64,000 bases of DNA from Terriglobia bacterium (GCA_963748015.1 CAVVHE010000005.1:224001-288000), one strand, 5' to 3'; shown: positions 17,688-29,437, counted from the stretch's first letter. The notes: generated from the sequence alone by a model not told the origin. A program made the numbers and translations.

Positions 17688-19814
17688 CTAGGCCTTATTC
17701 GCGCCTCCGATTCGGAAGCGCGCGCCGAGGAACAGCTCGCGGCCAGGCGCGGGATGGTACGAGTTGCCGTCCGGGTCGGGCTCGGTGAACGCGATGTAGT
17801 TTCGGTCGGTGGCGTTGCGGACGACGAAGGTCACCTCGCCGCCGCAGCCGCGCGACTCCCAGGCGTAGGCGAGGCGGAGGTGGACCAGCCCGTACCCCCA
17901 CGCCCAGGACTCGTTGGCCGGGTCGACCCACGAGCGGCTCTGCCCCTCGAAGCTGGCGCCGATCGTCCAGTGGGATCCCGTCCGGTACGCGGCGTCGAGA
18001 TAGCCCTGATGCTTCGGGGCGTTGGGAAGCCAGGTGTCGGTGTACGTCGTCTGCGGCAGCTCGTTGGGCGGGCTGACCACGTACGTGTACTTGAAATCGG
18101 AGTAGGTGTACGCGAGCTGCAGCGCGAGGCCCTCGAGCGGGTACCAGCCCATCGCCGTCTCGAGCCCGTACCTGCGGCTCGCGCCCGCGTTGTAGTAGAA
18201 GGTCTCGAGAGGGCGGTCCTCGATGCGGTAGCGGCCGAAGTCGTTCTCCGTGTCCAGGCGGAACAGCGCGGCGTCGTAGGTGAAGCGCTTGCCGCTCGAC
18301 CCCCTCACCCCCACTTCCTCGCCGTGCGAGGTCGCGGCGCCGATCCCGGCGTTGAATCCGCCGTATCCCTCGGGGTTGTTGATCAGCTCTTCGGTCGAGG
18401 GAGGAAGGAACCCCTGCCCCCAGTTGGCGTAGAAGCCGTAGCGAGTGCTCGGGTTCCAGGTCACCCCGACCCGGCCGGTCGTCTTCCGGTAGTCCGGAAG
18501 GTCGACCGACTCCGAGCTGACGCGATCCGTCGACCGGTCCTGGAACCCATCCCAGCGGAGCCCCCCGGTGACGCCCCACCCGTGGCCGACGTCGAGGCGG
18601 TCCACCGCGAACAGCCCGATCCCCTGCTGGTCGTAGCTCACGCTGGACTGCAGCCCGTGGTCCACGTCCTCGTTGAGCGGATTGCCGTTCTTCTGCTCGT
18701 CCACCGTCTGCCAGGCGGCGTCGGTCCCGACGCAGAGCTCGTTCTCGAGCGTCCCGGAGCCCGTGCGGAGCGCGTATTGGAGCTGCCCCCCCGGATTGTC
18801 GTAGGTCCGGTAGATCAGCGAGGCCGGGACCGACTCGCGCCAGGACGAGAGCCGCGAGTACACCGCGAACGAGAGGTCCTGGGCGGGAGTGAGGGAGAAG
18901 TCCCCGGTCAGCCCGACGGTCGTGCGGCGCGTGTACTGGTACTCGTTCTTGCTGACCGCGTCGGGGTTCGGCTGCGTCGGATCCTGGGTCGCCTGCTCCA
19001 GGTTCAGCCCTTCGGCGTTCTCGTTGAAGTACTCGGTGGAGGCGAGGATCGCCGTCAGGCGGCCCCTCGCTCCCACGTTCCAGCGGATCTTCGAGTAGAC
19101 GTTGGTGGCGTCGTAGGCCGTGTGCACCCGGTAGCCGTCCCCTTGCATCCGGGACGCCGAGACCCGGTAATTCGTCGAGCCCACGGTCCCGCCCGCCTCG
19201 GCGAAGAGCTTCCCGAAGGAGTAGGAGCCGAGGTCGAGGGCGACGTCGCCGGAAGCCTTCCCGGGGCCGCCGTCCCGCGTCGCGATGTGGATGACGCCCC
19301 CCGCGGCTCCCGCGCCGTAGAGCGCCGAGGCCGGCCCCCGCAGGACCTCGACCCGCCGGACCGTCGCCCAGTCCACGTCGAAGAGGTCGGGCGCCAGGCC
19401 GAGCGGATCGTTGAGCGGGATCCCGTCGAGCAGGACCATGATGCGGCGAACGCCGCGCTCGACGAGGATCCCCTCTCCGCGGATCGAGAGGTGCACGCGC
19501 TCGCCGTCGGCCTGGTTGTCCACCTTGACGCCGGGCACCAGCTTGAGCGCCTCGTCCGCGGCGATCGTCTTCGACCTGGCGATCGCGAGGTCCTTCCCTT
19601 CGACCACCGTGGTGGCCGCCGGATTCTCCGACAGCGGGATCTCCACCCGCGGCGCGGTCACCGTGACGACCTCGGTGGACGGGAGCCGCCGGATCTCCTT
19701 GTCCTCGGCGGGCGGGGGAGCGTCCTGGGCGAGAGCGGAAGTCGTGGCGAGCGCGGCGAGGAGGAGGAAGGAACCCATGAGGCGAATCGAGCGGAAGACG
19801 TCGAGCCGGACCAT
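17688..19814 (-). CDS. TonB-dependent receptor
   Basis: EVVTVTA TonB box, plug (VLLDGIPL...RVEVLRGPASALYG...GGVI), amphipathic barrel ending PGRELFLGARFR. Confidence 0.9.
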   Translation of the reverse strand: MVRLDVFRSIRLMGSFLLLAALATTSALAQDAPPPAEDKEIRRLPSTEVVTVTAPRVEIPLSENPAATTVVEGKDLAIARSKTIAADEALKLVPGVKVDNQADGERVHLSIRGEGILVERGVRRIMVLLDGIPLNDPLGLAPDLFDVDWATVRRVEVLRGPASALYGAGAAGGVIHIATRDGGPGKASGDVALDLGSYSFGKLFAEAGGTVGSTNYRVSASRMQGDGYRVHTAYDATNVYSKIRWNVGARGRLTAILASTEYFNENAEGLNLEQATQDPTQPNPDAVSKNEYQYTRRTTVGLTGDFSLTPAQDLSFAVYSRLSSWRESVPASLIYRTYDNPGGQLQYALRTGSGTLENELCVGTDAAWQTVDEQKNGNPLNEDVDHGLQSSVSYDQQGIGLFAVDRLDVGHGWGVTGGLRWDGFQDRSTDRVSSESVDLPDYRKTTGRVGVTWNPSTRYGFYANWGQGFLPPSTEELINNPEGYGGFNAGIGAATSHGEEVGVRGSSGKRFTYDAALFRLDTENDFGRYRIEDRPLETFYYNAGASRRYGLETAMGWYPLEGLALQLAYTYSDFKYTYVVSPPNELPQTTYTDTWLPNAPKHQGYLDAAYRTGSHWTIGASFEGQSRSWVDPANESWAWGYGLVHLRLAYAWESRGCGGEVTFVVRNATDRNYIAFTEPDPDGNSYHPAPGRELFLGARFRIGGANKA

Positions 19815-19917
19815 GGCGGGGTGGCTCCTCGGGGCTCGGGACGAGCGAGCGGCATGCTCCGCCGCCCGAGCCGCGTAGCATACGTTTCTTCCTTCGAAGA
19901 TCCGAGGGAAGCGTGAC

Positions 19918-21498
19918 TCAGTGCGCGCCGGCGGGCGGGCCATGGTGCCTCGGCTTTCGCATCAGAGGGATCAGGAACAGCATCGCCGCGAACATGACCG
20001 CCATCAGGAAGAAGACGTCGTTGTAGGACATCATCGCGGCCTGCTGCTGGACCCGCCCGAAGAGCGCCCCGGCGGCCTGCCTAGACGCGGTGGCCGGATC
20101 GGACCCCTGCGCGACGAAGGCGCCGGCCATCCCCTGCAGCTGCTCGCGCGAGGCGAGGCCGTAGGCGTCCACGTGCCCCACGAGGACGCTCGTGTGGACC
20201 TGCGCGCGGCGCGCCAGGAGAGTCGTCGAGGTGGCGATTCCGACGGATCCGCCGATGTTGCGCAGCAAGTTGAAGATGCTCGTCGCGTTTCCCATGCGCT
20301 CGCGCGGGATCGGGTCGTTGGTGATGGTGGTGAGCGGGATGAACAGCAGCCCCAGCGCTCCTCCCTGGACCACCAGGACCAGGAAAAAGTCGTGGTACCC
20401 GACGTCGAGAGAGAGCCGGGAGAGCATGAAGAGGGACGACGAGACGAGGACCACCCCTGCCGCGAGCAGCTTCCTCGGCTCGACCCGGGTCATCATGAGG
20501 CCGATCAGCGGCATCATGACGAACGAGGTCGCGCCGCGCGGGAGCGTCGCGAGACCGGCCTCGAACGCCGAGTACCCGAGCAGCGTCTGCATGAACAACG
20601 GCAGCAGCACGGTGCTCCCGTAGAGCACGAATCCGAGGATCGTGATCAGGAGCACCCCCGCGGCGAAGGTGCGGTTGCGGAACACGGAGAGGTCCACGAT
20701 CGGGTGCTCGGCCTTGAGCTCCCGGACGATCAGGGCGGCGATCCCCACGCCGGCGATCACGGCCAAGCTTACGATGAACCGCGACTCGAGCCAGTCCTCT
20801 TGCTGCCCCTTGTCCAGCATGATCTGGAGGGCGCCGATGCCGAGGACGAGCAGCCCCATGCCCCAGTAGTCCACCCGTCCCGAGCCGCGCTTGATGTAGT
20901 GCGGATCGAAGATGAAGAGGTAGGTCATCGCGATGGCGAAGAGGCCGATCGGGATGTTGATGTAGAACACCCAGCGCCAGCTGTAGTTGTCGGTGAGCCA
21001 GCCGCCGAGGACCGGCCCGAGCATCGGGGCGACCACGATGCCGAGGCCCCAGAACGCCATGGCCATCCCCCGCTTCCGCGGCGGGAAGGCCTCCAGCATG
21101 ATCGCCTGCGAGAGCGGCTGCAGCCCGCCCCCCGTGGCCCCCTGCAAGACGCGGAAGAAGATCAGGAGCGGCAGGCTCGGGGCCAGGCCGCACAGGAACG
21201 ACGACGCCGTGAAACCGATGACCGAGCCCATCAGCAGCCGCTTCCGGCCGAAGTGATTCGCCAGCCACCCGGTCATCGGCAGGACGATCGCGTTCGCGAC
21301 GAGGTACGAGGTCAGCACCCACGTCGCCTCCTCGTTCGTCGAGGAGAGCGTGCCCGCGATGTGGGGAAGCGAAACGTTGACCACCGTGGTGTCCAGCACC
21401 TCCATGAACGTGCTGATCATCACGGAGATCGCGACGATCCAGGGGTTGACCGGGAGGGCGACTCCCGCGCCCGTCCCTGTCGCGGCCTCGTCGTTCAA
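19918..21498 (-). CDS. emrB: DHA2 (EmrB/QacA) MFS efflux permease
   Basis: FMEVLDTTVVNVSLP, WVLTSYLVANAI, FGRKR, GPVLGGWLTD..SWRWVFYINIP; TTG start overlaps upstream stop. Confidence 0.9.
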   Translation of the reverse strand: MNDEAATGTGAGVALPVNPWIVAISVMISTFMEVLDTTVVNVSLPHIAGTLSSTNEEATWVLTSYLVANAIVLPMTGWLANHFGRKRLLMGSVIGFTASSFLCGLAPSLPLLIFFRVLQGATGGGLQPLSQAIMLEAFPPRKRGMAMAFWGLGIVVAPMLGPVLGGWLTDNYSWRWVFYINIPIGLFAIAMTYLFIFDPHYIKRGSGRVDYWGMGLLVLGIGALQIMLDKGQQEDWLESRFIVSLAVIAGVGIAALIVRELKAEHPIVDLSVFRNRTFAAGVLLITILGFVLYGSTVLLPLFMQTLLGYSAFEAGLATLPRGATSFVMMPLIGLMMTRVEPRKLLAAGVVLVSSSLFMLSRLSLDVGYHDFFLVLVVQGGALGLLFIPLTTITNDPIPRERMGNATSIFNLLRNIGGSVGIATSTTLLARRAQVHTSVLVGHVDAYGLASREQLQGMAGAFVAQGSDPATASRQAAGALFGRVQQQAAMMSYNDVFFLMAVMFAAMLFLIPLMRKPRHHGPPAGAH

Positions 21499-22118
21499 GC
21501 AGGCTCCCCGCGGCAGCCCACCGCGCAGAGGATCGTCCGCGCGCCCGCCTCGATCCCCACGCGGGTGCTCACCATCAGGTCGTACAGCTCGCGGGCGGTC
21601 CGCTCGCAGCCGTAGTAGTGCTGGACGTACGCCGCCCGCGCGCGGTCCACCCGCTCCATTTCGATCGCGGCTCCCTGCTCGCCGCCGTGGCGCGGGGCGA
21701 GACGCCGGAGGCGCTCCTGGCGCGGGGCGTACACGAACACGTGCAACGCGTCCTCCCGGTCGCGCAGGATGCACTGCGCGCCCCGGCCGAGGATCACGCA
21801 GCTTCCCTCGAGGGCGGCTTCGAGAACAACACGGCGGGTCAGCTCCGCGGTGAGGTCGGCGTCGAACACCGTGCCGCGCGGCGCGGCGGCGAAGGAGTCG
21901 GCGCTGCCGGACCAGAGCCCCTTCGCGAGGCGGACCACCCAGGGGTTGATCCGCTCGTCGTACTCGGCGGCGTCCTCCGGCAGGACGTCGGCCCGCTTGG
22001 CGACTTCCGCGATCAGCTCCCGGTCCACGAGGCGCCAGCCCAGCGCCTCGGCGACGCGTCGGGCGATCTCCTGCCCGCCGCTCCCGTGCTCGCGGGCGAT
22101 CGTGATGATCCTCTTCAT
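21495..22118 (-). CDS. Cytidylate kinase-like protein
   Basis: IITIAREHGSGG P-loop, VILGRGA, D..RAAYV..YY, YDL. Confidence 0.85.
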   Translation of the reverse strand: MKRIITIAREHGSGGQEIARRVAEALGWRLVDRELIAEVAKRADVLPEDAAEYDERINPWVVRLAKGLWSGSADSFAAAPRGTVFDADLTAELTRRVVLEAALEGSCVILGRGAQCILRDREDALHVFVYAPRQERLRRLAPRHGGEQGAAIEMERVDRARAAYVQHYYGCERTARELYDLMVSTRVGIEAGARTILCAVGCRGEPA

Positions 22119-22137
22119 GGCGCCACCTCGGCGGGGC

Positions 22138-23319
22138 TCAGCGGGTGAGCACCGTCGGCACTACCGACATCCCCGGGCGCAGCAGGTGCTCCGGATCCTG
22201 GTCCTTCTCGAGGACGATCTTCACCGGGATGCGCTGCACGACCTTGACGAAGTTCCCGGTGGCGTTCTCGGGGGGGAGCAGGCTGAACTTCGCCGCGGTG
22301 GCACCGCCGATGCTCTCGATGTGACCCCGATAGGTGCGCGCGTACGCGTCCACGTAGACGCCCACCGGCTGTCCGGGACGCATCCTGCGCAGCTGGCTTT
22401 CCTTGTAGTTCGCCACGACCCAGACCCGCTCGAGCGGGACCAGCGCGAGGAGCGGCTGGCCCGCCTGGACGACCTGGCCGGGCTGAGCGCTCTTCCGGCT
22501 GACGATTCCGGCGACGGGGGCCTTGACCTCGGTGTACCCGAGATTGAGGCGGGCCTGGTCGAGCGCAGCCTGGTACTTCCCCTCGATCCCCGCTGCCGCG
22601 TCGGAGCGGGCGTGCGCGACCTCCACCTGCTGGGCCGCGGTCCCGGCCGCGCGAAGCTGGGACTCCGCCTGCGCCACGTGGCTCTTCGCGGCGGCAAGCG
22701 CCGCCTCGGCCGCCTGCACCGACGAGCGGGCCGCGGTCTCGCCGGCGACCGCGGTGTCGAACTGCTGGCGCGATATCTCGTCCTTGTCGACCAGCTGCCG
22801 GTAGCGGGTGAGGTCCGCGGCCGCCCGCGCGTGGTTGGCCGTCGCCTCCGCGACGCGCGCCGTGGCCGCGTCCACTTCCTGGTTCGCCGCGGCGACGGCT
22901 GCCCGCGCGTTGGCCAGCTGGCTCGACGTGTTGGTCTCCGTGATCGGGATGGCCGCCCGGGCGGCCGCGGCGGCCGCACGCGCATCGGCGAGTTCCGCCT
23001 CGGCCTTCCGCGCCGCAACGTCGTAGTCGGCGGGATCGATGCGCACCAGCAAGGTCCCGGCATCCACGTGCTGGTTGTCGCTCACGAGGACGTCCCTGAT
23101 CGTACCGCCGACGCGGGCGCTGATCGGGACGATGTTTCCCTCGATCTGAGCGTCGTCGGTGGTCTCGCGCACCCTCGAGTACGTCCAGAAGACGAGAGAG
23201 GCGATCGCGACCACGATGGCACCGGCTGGGAGCACGACGCGCGCCAGCTTGATGTGGCGGGCGCTCAGTCCCCGTCCCGCCGGGGTCGCCGCGGAAGGCT
23301 CGGTGCCCGTTTCGGTCAT
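22138..23319 (-). CDS. emrA: HlyD/EmrA membrane fusion protein
   Basis: N-terminal TM, TDDAQIEG, coiled coil, FSLLPPENATGNFVKVVQRIPV, LRPGMSV. Confidence 0.9.
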   Translation of the reverse strand: MTETGTEPSAATPAGRGLSARHIKLARVVLPAGAIVVAIASLVFWTYSRVRETTDDAQIEGNIVPISARVGGTIRDVLVSDNQHVDAGTLLVRIDPADYDVAARKAEAELADARAAAAAARAAIPITETNTSSQLANARAAVAAANQEVDAATARVAEATANHARAAADLTRYRQLVDKDEISRQQFDTAVAGETAARSSVQAAEAALAAAKSHVAQAESQLRAAGTAAQQVEVAHARSDAAAGIEGKYQAALDQARLNLGYTEVKAPVAGIVSRKSAQPGQVVQAGQPLLALVPLERVWVVANYKESQLRRMRPGQPVGVYVDAYARTYRGHIESIGGATAAKFSLLPPENATGNFVKVVQRIPVKIVLEKDQDPEHLLRPGMSVVPTVLTR

Positions 23320-24806
23320 CGTGTCGTTCCCCCGTCGCCGCCCAGGAGGGCCGGGAGCGTGCGCTCGGCCGAGCCGGTCGCCCGTGCCAGCGCGACCTTG
23401 GCGATGTTGTGGGCGTACAGCGCGGACAGGTAGTTGTCGGAGGCGGCGGCCTCGGCGTCCTGGGCCTGGACGACCTCGAGGTTGCCCGCGACCCCCGCGG
23501 CAAAACGGTCCTGCGACTGGCGGAGCTGCTCCTCGGCCAGTTCGAGCGCTCCCCGCGCGACGGTCACGCGCTCCCCCGCCGCGTCGAGATCGAGGAGGGC
23601 CGCGCGGACCTCGTACTCGACCCGGGTGCCTAGGTCGTCGCGCCGCGCGCGAAGTTGCGCAAGCGCCGCATCGTCCTGCCGGACGCGCGCCCGGATGCGC
23701 CCTCCCTCGAAGATCGGGATCCGCGCCCCGACTCCGAGCGAGAACGTCCGCTCGAGGGAGGGATTGCTCAGGCCGATCCAACCGTAATCGCCCTTGAAGA
23801 GGATCGTGGGGTAAGCGTCGTACCTGTCGGCCTTGCGCGTCGCCTCGGCGGACGCGAGCGCGGCTTCCGCCTGCAGCAGGTCGGCTCGCGATGCGAGCGC
23901 CTCCGCAATCGCCGACTCCGCCGTGGGCGGCGCCGCCTCCCGGTGGGAGAGCTTCTCGGCCAGCTCGAACTTCTGCCCGAGGGGCACGCCGATCGCCCGC
24001 GCGAGCGCCAGCTTCTGTTTCGCGAACTCGTTCTCGTAGTAGATCAAGCGCTGCCGCTGCGCCTCGCGCTGGACCTGGGCCCGCAGCACCTCGATCCCCG
24101 GGACGACTCCCGATTCCTTGAGACGCCGCGCGCGCTCGAGCAGCGCCACGGAGACCGCTTCCTGGGCGCGGGCGGCCTCGATCCGGCTCGCGCCGAGCGC
24201 GGCCTGGAGGTAGAGAGACGCGCAGGTGAGTACGACCAGCTCGCGGGCGTCGCGGTATCCGAGCCTCGCCACCTCGAGCCCCTGCCCCCCCGCGCGCGAT
24301 CGTTCGAGCGCGGCGAGATCCAGCAACGGCATCGTCGCGTAGACCCGCCCGTCGAGCACGTTGAACGGGGGGGTCACGGGGTCCTGGCCGGGCTGGAGCG
24401 GAATGCCGAACGCCTCGAAGTTGATCTCCTGGCGCACGCCGGAAGCCGAGGCGTTGACGGTCGGCAGCAGCCCGCTTCTCGCGAGCTTCTGGTTGGCCCC
24501 AGCGCTCTGCACCGACTGCGAGCTCAGGATCGCGCCGAGGTTTCGCTCGAGGCCGCGGCTCACGGCGTCGGCGAGGGTCAGCGAGAGCGTCTCCGCGGTG
24601 GGCGCGCCGTCCGGGACGCCGCCGAGAAAGGGATTCCCGATCGCGTCCTCCCGGCTCGCCGCGGTGGCCGGCGCGCTCGCGGCGCGCGACGGCGCCTGCT
24701 CCTGGGCCCACGCCGCGGTGAAGAGCGCCGCGGCGAGGAGAGCGGCCGCCGCGACCTTCGCCGTCGCGAGATGTCTTTCTATCGGGTTCACGCGTCTCGA
24801 CGCCAT
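23316..24806 (-). CDS. TolC-family outer membrane efflux protein
   Basis: Signal peptide, two OEP repeats (SLTLADAV..., IPIFEGG, DRFAAGV...LEVVQAQ). Confidence 0.88.
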   Translation of the reverse strand: MASRRVNPIERHLATAKVAAAALLAAALFTAAWAQEQAPSRAASAPATAASREDAIGNPFLGGVPDGAPTAETLSLTLADAVSRGLERNLGAILSSQSVQSAGANQKLARSGLLPTVNASASGVRQEINFEAFGIPLQPGQDPVTPPFNVLDGRVYATMPLLDLAALERSRAGGQGLEVARLGYRDARELVVLTCASLYLQAALGASRIEAARAQEAVSVALLERARRLKESGVVPGIEVLRAQVQREAQRQRLIYYENEFAKQKLALARAIGVPLGQKFELAEKLSHREAAPPTAESAIAEALASRADLLQAEAALASAEATRKADRYDAYPTILFKGDYGWIGLSNPSLERTFSLGVGARIPIFEGGRIRARVRQDDAALAQLRARRDDLGTRVEYEVRAALLDLDAAGERVTVARGALELAEEQLRQSQDRFAAGVAGNLEVVQAQDAEAAASDNYLSALYAHNIAKVALARATGSAERTLPALLGGDGGTTR

Positions 24807-24889
24807 CTAGCGCGCAGTATAACCCTCGACTATCGGCTCGCAACGCGGCGCGCGATCGTACCGAGGGCGCCCCGTCAAGGCGCCTCGAC

Positions 24890-24928
24890 GGGGCGTCCCC
24901 CGGGTCAACTGCCCCCGGGGGACGCCCC
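24890..24928. terminator. GC-rich hairpin downstream of the FG-GAP gene
   Basis: Perfect 15-bp inverted repeat GGGGCGTCCCCCGGG (24890-24904) / CCCGGGGGACGCCCC (24914-24928); no U-tract. Confidence 0.45.
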
Positions 24929-24936
24929 GCGCGGCA

Positions 24937-27900
24937 TCAGGGGCAGACCCGGCCGGCGCGAGGGGTGCCCGCCGAGTTGGTGCCCATGTTGCCGCCACAG
25001 GGGTTCCAGGCGCGGACCAGGTAGCAGAAGAGCCCGCCGCCGCCCGGCTCGGCGAGGTCCGTCGCGAAGGGCGCGCTGACACCGGTCACGACGCACACCG
25101 CGTGCGCGATTCCGAAGTCGCCGGGCCGATCGCTCCTCAGGACGTCGTATCGGGGCCCCGCGCCGCCCCTCTCGGCCGGCGCGCTCCAGCCCAGGTTGTC
25201 GATCACGGCCTTCGTGACCAACAGGTCCGTCGGATCGCCCGGCACGGACCAGAAGCTCGGGCTGTCGGGCCTGCAGTCCACGTCGTTCGACCACCCGTCG
25301 CCATCCCGGTCGGGATCGCACAGGTCGCCGAGCCCGTCGGCGTCCATGTCCGCCTGATCCGGATTGTAAATGACGGGACAGTTGTCGCAGGCGTCGCCCA
25401 CGCCGTCGGCGTCTCCGTCCGACTGGGTGGGATTCGATATCGAAGGGCAGTTGTCGAGGTTGTCCGGCAATCCGTCGCCGTCGGTGTCGAGCCAGAGCCT
25501 GAGGTCGGCCTCGTTCCATCCGCCCCAGGGCTGCGCGAACCACCGCCCCTGGAGCTGGAACGGCGACGTCGTCGCCCGCTGCGTCACCCGGGCGCGCCAG
25601 TGGTAAACGTCGTTCGTCTCGAGCCCGACGGATCCGCCGACGAGCGCGGCGTAGGTCGTGACGCTGTCATACCAGGAGCCGTTCCGCACCAAGTTGGTCC
25701 CGTCGAACAGCTGGCCGCGCTTCTTGAACTCCCACTCCACCTTCACGTCGCCGCGGCCGATGAAGCCGTGACCGCGGACGGCCACGTTGAAGGCGTCGGA
25801 CCGGTCCGACTTCCCGAGCCGGTCCACCTTGACGGTGGTGTCGTATCCGCGCTGGTAGGGCACGATGGCGCGCCCCTTTCCGCCGTTGCCGTAGTAGAGC
25901 CACGCCGTCCCCTCGTCCACTTGCACGTTGTCGTAGTACGGAGAGCCGACGATGAGGTCCGCGTAGCCGTCGCCATTCACGTCGCCGGCCGACGCGACCG
26001 ATTCCCCGAGATGCTCGCCGGCCTGGTTCCCGCTTCGATTCCAATCGGGCAGGAAAGGCGGGCCCGATGCGGAGCCGAGGTAGAGCGACACGTAGCCCGT
26101 GTCCGCGCCGGCGCTCCCATCGAGGTGGTTCGCGCCGACCACGACGTCGCTGTACCCGTCCCCGTTCACGTCCCCCGCCGAGGCGACCGACGTTCCGAAG
26201 GCCGCGCCGGCCTGCCCGCCGTTCGCGTTCCAGGTGAGGGCGGTGCCGAGTCCGGCGGCGCTGCCGTAGAAGATGAGCGCGCGCCCCTCGCCCACGAACC
26301 CCCCGCCGTACCCCGGGGAGCCAACGATCACGTCGCTGTAGCCGTCCCCGTTCACGTCGCCGGCCGACGCCACGGAGGCTCCGAAGTACCAGCCCGCCTG
26401 GATGCCGTCCCGTTTCCAATCGGCGTTGCCGGGATACCCCTGCGCGCCCAGACCCTGCGGCGAGCCGTACCAGGCGAAGGCCTCTCCCTCGTTGACCGCC
26501 CCGTTGTCGTAGTACAGCGCGCCGACGATGACGTCGGAGTAGCCGTCGCCGTTGACGTCCCCCGCGGACGCGACGGAATAGCCGAACTCGGCCCCCTCCT
26601 GCACGCCCTCCGCCTCCCAGTCCACGTTTCCGGGGACGCCGTTCGCCCCGAGGCCGGAGGCGGAGCCGTGCCAGACGAACACCGCGCCTTCCATCTCGTA
26701 GTCGTACAGGAACCATCGCGCTCCGACGATCACGTCCGAGTACCCGTCCCCGTTCACGTCACCCGCCGAGGCGACCGAGCAGCCGAACTCCGAGCTGGTC
26801 TGGTCGGCCTCCGCCCTCCAGTCCGCGTTGAGCGGGCGTGCCGAGGGCTCCGAGGCCGCCGGAGCCGCCGAGCCAGACGAACGCGCTCCCCTCTTCGGAC
26901 TGGCCGTTGTCGTACGCCGGGGCCCCGACGATGATGTCGGAATAGCCGTCCCCGTTGACGTCTCCCGCCGAGGCGACCGACGCACCGAGCTGCGCTCCGG
27001 CCTGGTTGCTCTCCGCGTACCAGCTCGGCGTGCCGCCCGGTCCGGTGACGCTGCCGTGGTAGACGAAGACCCTGCCCTCGTTGGCTTCTCCGTTGTCGAA
27101 ACCCGGGGCGCCGATGAGGATGTCGGCGATGGAGTCGCCGTTCACGTCCCCCGCCGAGGCGACCGACGTCCCGTAGACGGAAACCGCCTGGTCGTACTCG
27201 TCGTTCCAGCCGGAGTTCGCGAGGCCCGCCGGCCCGCCGTGGAAGACGTACGCGATCCCCTCGTTGCCGTTGGGGGTCACGTCCCAGGTATGGGCGCCGA
27301 CGATCACGTCGGAGTACCCGTCGCCGTTCACGTCCCCCGCCGTCGCCGCCGAAACGCCGAGGTGCGCGCTGGTCTGGTTGGGCTCGTAGGTCCAGGCGGC
27401 AGACGCGGCCAGGCCCGTCGAGGAGCCGAAGAAGACGAACGCGCGTCCCTCGTCCCCCTCGACGTTGTCGTAGTAGTAGGCACCGATGATCACGTCGCTG
27501 TAGCCGTCCCCGTTCACGTCCCCCGCGGTCCCCGCGGCGGAGCCGAAGTCGGCGTTCGCCTGATCCATCTCCTTCGACCAGCTCGCCGTGGTGGCCAGGC
27601 CGGTCGAGGCGCCGTGGTAGACGAACACCTTCCCCTCGTTCGTCTGGCCGTTGTCGTAGTACGGCGAGGCGACGATGACGTCGGAATAGCCGTCGCCGTT
27701 CACGTCGCCGGCCGTCGCCACCGTGTCCCCGAGCCAGCAGGACGCCTGCGTGTCCTCGACCATCCAGTCCGCGTTGGCCGGCGTGCCGTTCGCGCCGAGG
27801 CCCGTGGACGAGCCGAGCCAGGCGTAGGCGCGGCCGTGGTACGCGTCGCCGATGATCACGTCGGAGTAGCCGTCGCCGTTCACGTCTCCCGCCGTGGCGA

Positions 27901-29290
27901 CGGAGGTCCCGAAGTTGTGGTCGCCGACCTGGCCGACCAGGTTTCCCTGGGCGGTCCAGTCGGCATTCGACGGTATGCCCGGGGAGCCGAGCCCCGTCGA
28001 GGAGCCGAGCCAGACGAACGCGCTGCCCTCGTTCGCCTCGCCGACGTAGTTGCGCGGGGCGCCCGCGATGATCTCGGAGTACCCGTCGCCGTTCACGTCC
28101 CCCGCGGTGGCCACGGACCACCCGAGCTCGGCGTTGTCCATCTGGCCCTCCGCGGTCCAGTCGGCCGGGCTCGCGATGGGCCCGCTCGCGGACCCGAGGT
28201 ACACGAAGACGGCGCCCTCGTTCGTGTTGCCGTTCGTCCAGTGAGGGGCGCCGACGATGACGTCGCTGAAGGTGTCCCCGTTGACGTCGCCGGCCGTCGC
28301 CACGGAGAGACCGTAGTACGCGGCCTGGTCGGCACCGGCGGTCCACCCGGGCGAGGCCCTCAGCCCCGAGGCGGTCCCGTAGTAGAGGAACGCCCGCCCC
28401 GCGTCCGTGACGGGGCTGTCATAGAAGGGCGCGCCGACGATCACATCGCCGTACCCGTCGCCGTTCACGTCCCCCGCGGCGGCGACGGCCCACCCGTACT
28501 GCCCCTGCGCGAGGCTCCCCTCGTCGGACCAGGACGGGCTGGTCGCCAGGGGGTCGATCGTCACCGGATACCGGGCCCCGCGGTCGTCCACGACGATGCG
28601 GATGCCGCGGTAGCCTTCGCCGACGAATCCCTCGAACCACGCCGGCAGCTCGCGGCCCGAAGCATCGGTAACGAGGAGCGCCGCGTAGTGGAGCGCGCGC
28701 CAACCGTCGGGCGTGGCGAAATCGATCGAGAGGCGGTCCTCCGCGAGTATCGGGTGGAGAGTTCCGCCGAGCGCGAGGTCGAGGCGGAGCGGCGGGTCGC
28801 CCTCGATCCGATCCGGCGGTGTGGCGATCGTGAAGCCCTGCTCGACGCCCCGCCGGTCGTTCAGGTACCACTCGGCGATGTCGATCCTCCCGAAGTCGAT
28901 GCGGTTGGCGTAGGCCGAAAGGCGCGGCGTCTCGGCGGGCTGCATCGCCCCCTCGCGTCCCCACGAGACCAGCGAAAGCCCCCACTCCCACGACGGCGCG
29001 GCCTCCCGGCGCGGCACGACGCGGACCCCTTCCGGCGTGAAGTACGTCCGGAAGTCGTGCGCCCGGTTCGGCGCCTGCCACGACGCCGGCAGGCCGGCGA
29101 GAGCCGGCTGCGCCTGCCAGGTGACGTGGTACTCCGAGGCCTCGATGTCCGCCCGGACGGCGTTCCACCAGTCCTGGCCGGTGCCGGTGGGAAGCTGGGG
29201 CTCTCCCGCCGCGGCGGCCCCGGCGGAGAGCGCGGCCGAGACGAGAAGACAGAGAAGGATCCGATGATGGCGTGAGTGCACTGGACACAT
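24937..29290 (-). CDS. Large secreted FG-GAP (integrin-alpha-like) repeat protein with thrombospondin type 3 repeats and a C-terminal CP domain; one frameshift near 26835
   Basis: Signal peptide; 14 copies of SVA.AGDVNGDGY.D..VGA across ORFs 26759-29290 and 24937-26985; DNCP...NP.Q.D.D.DG.GD.CD repeats; removing one base restores GTPLNADW (~1450 aa). Confidence 0.88.
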
Positions 29291-29437
29291 GTCTGACCTC
29301 CCTCGCTGCGATCAGTGCGCCCTTGAAAATTACGACGAGAGGCGAGGGTGGAGCACTACCCGTTCAGGTAGGTATCTCGCGCCGGAACGCTCCTCTCGGG
29401 ATGGGAACCGTCTCGATCCTGCTTGCCTGGCGCGAGG

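Noticed and set aside
25950..28500. Regularly spaced DNA repeats (CCGTCGCCGTTCACGTC-like) as a CRISPR array
   Set aside because: They encode the GDVNGDG motif of FG-GAP repeats, spacing is far longer than CRISPR spacers, and no cas genes are present
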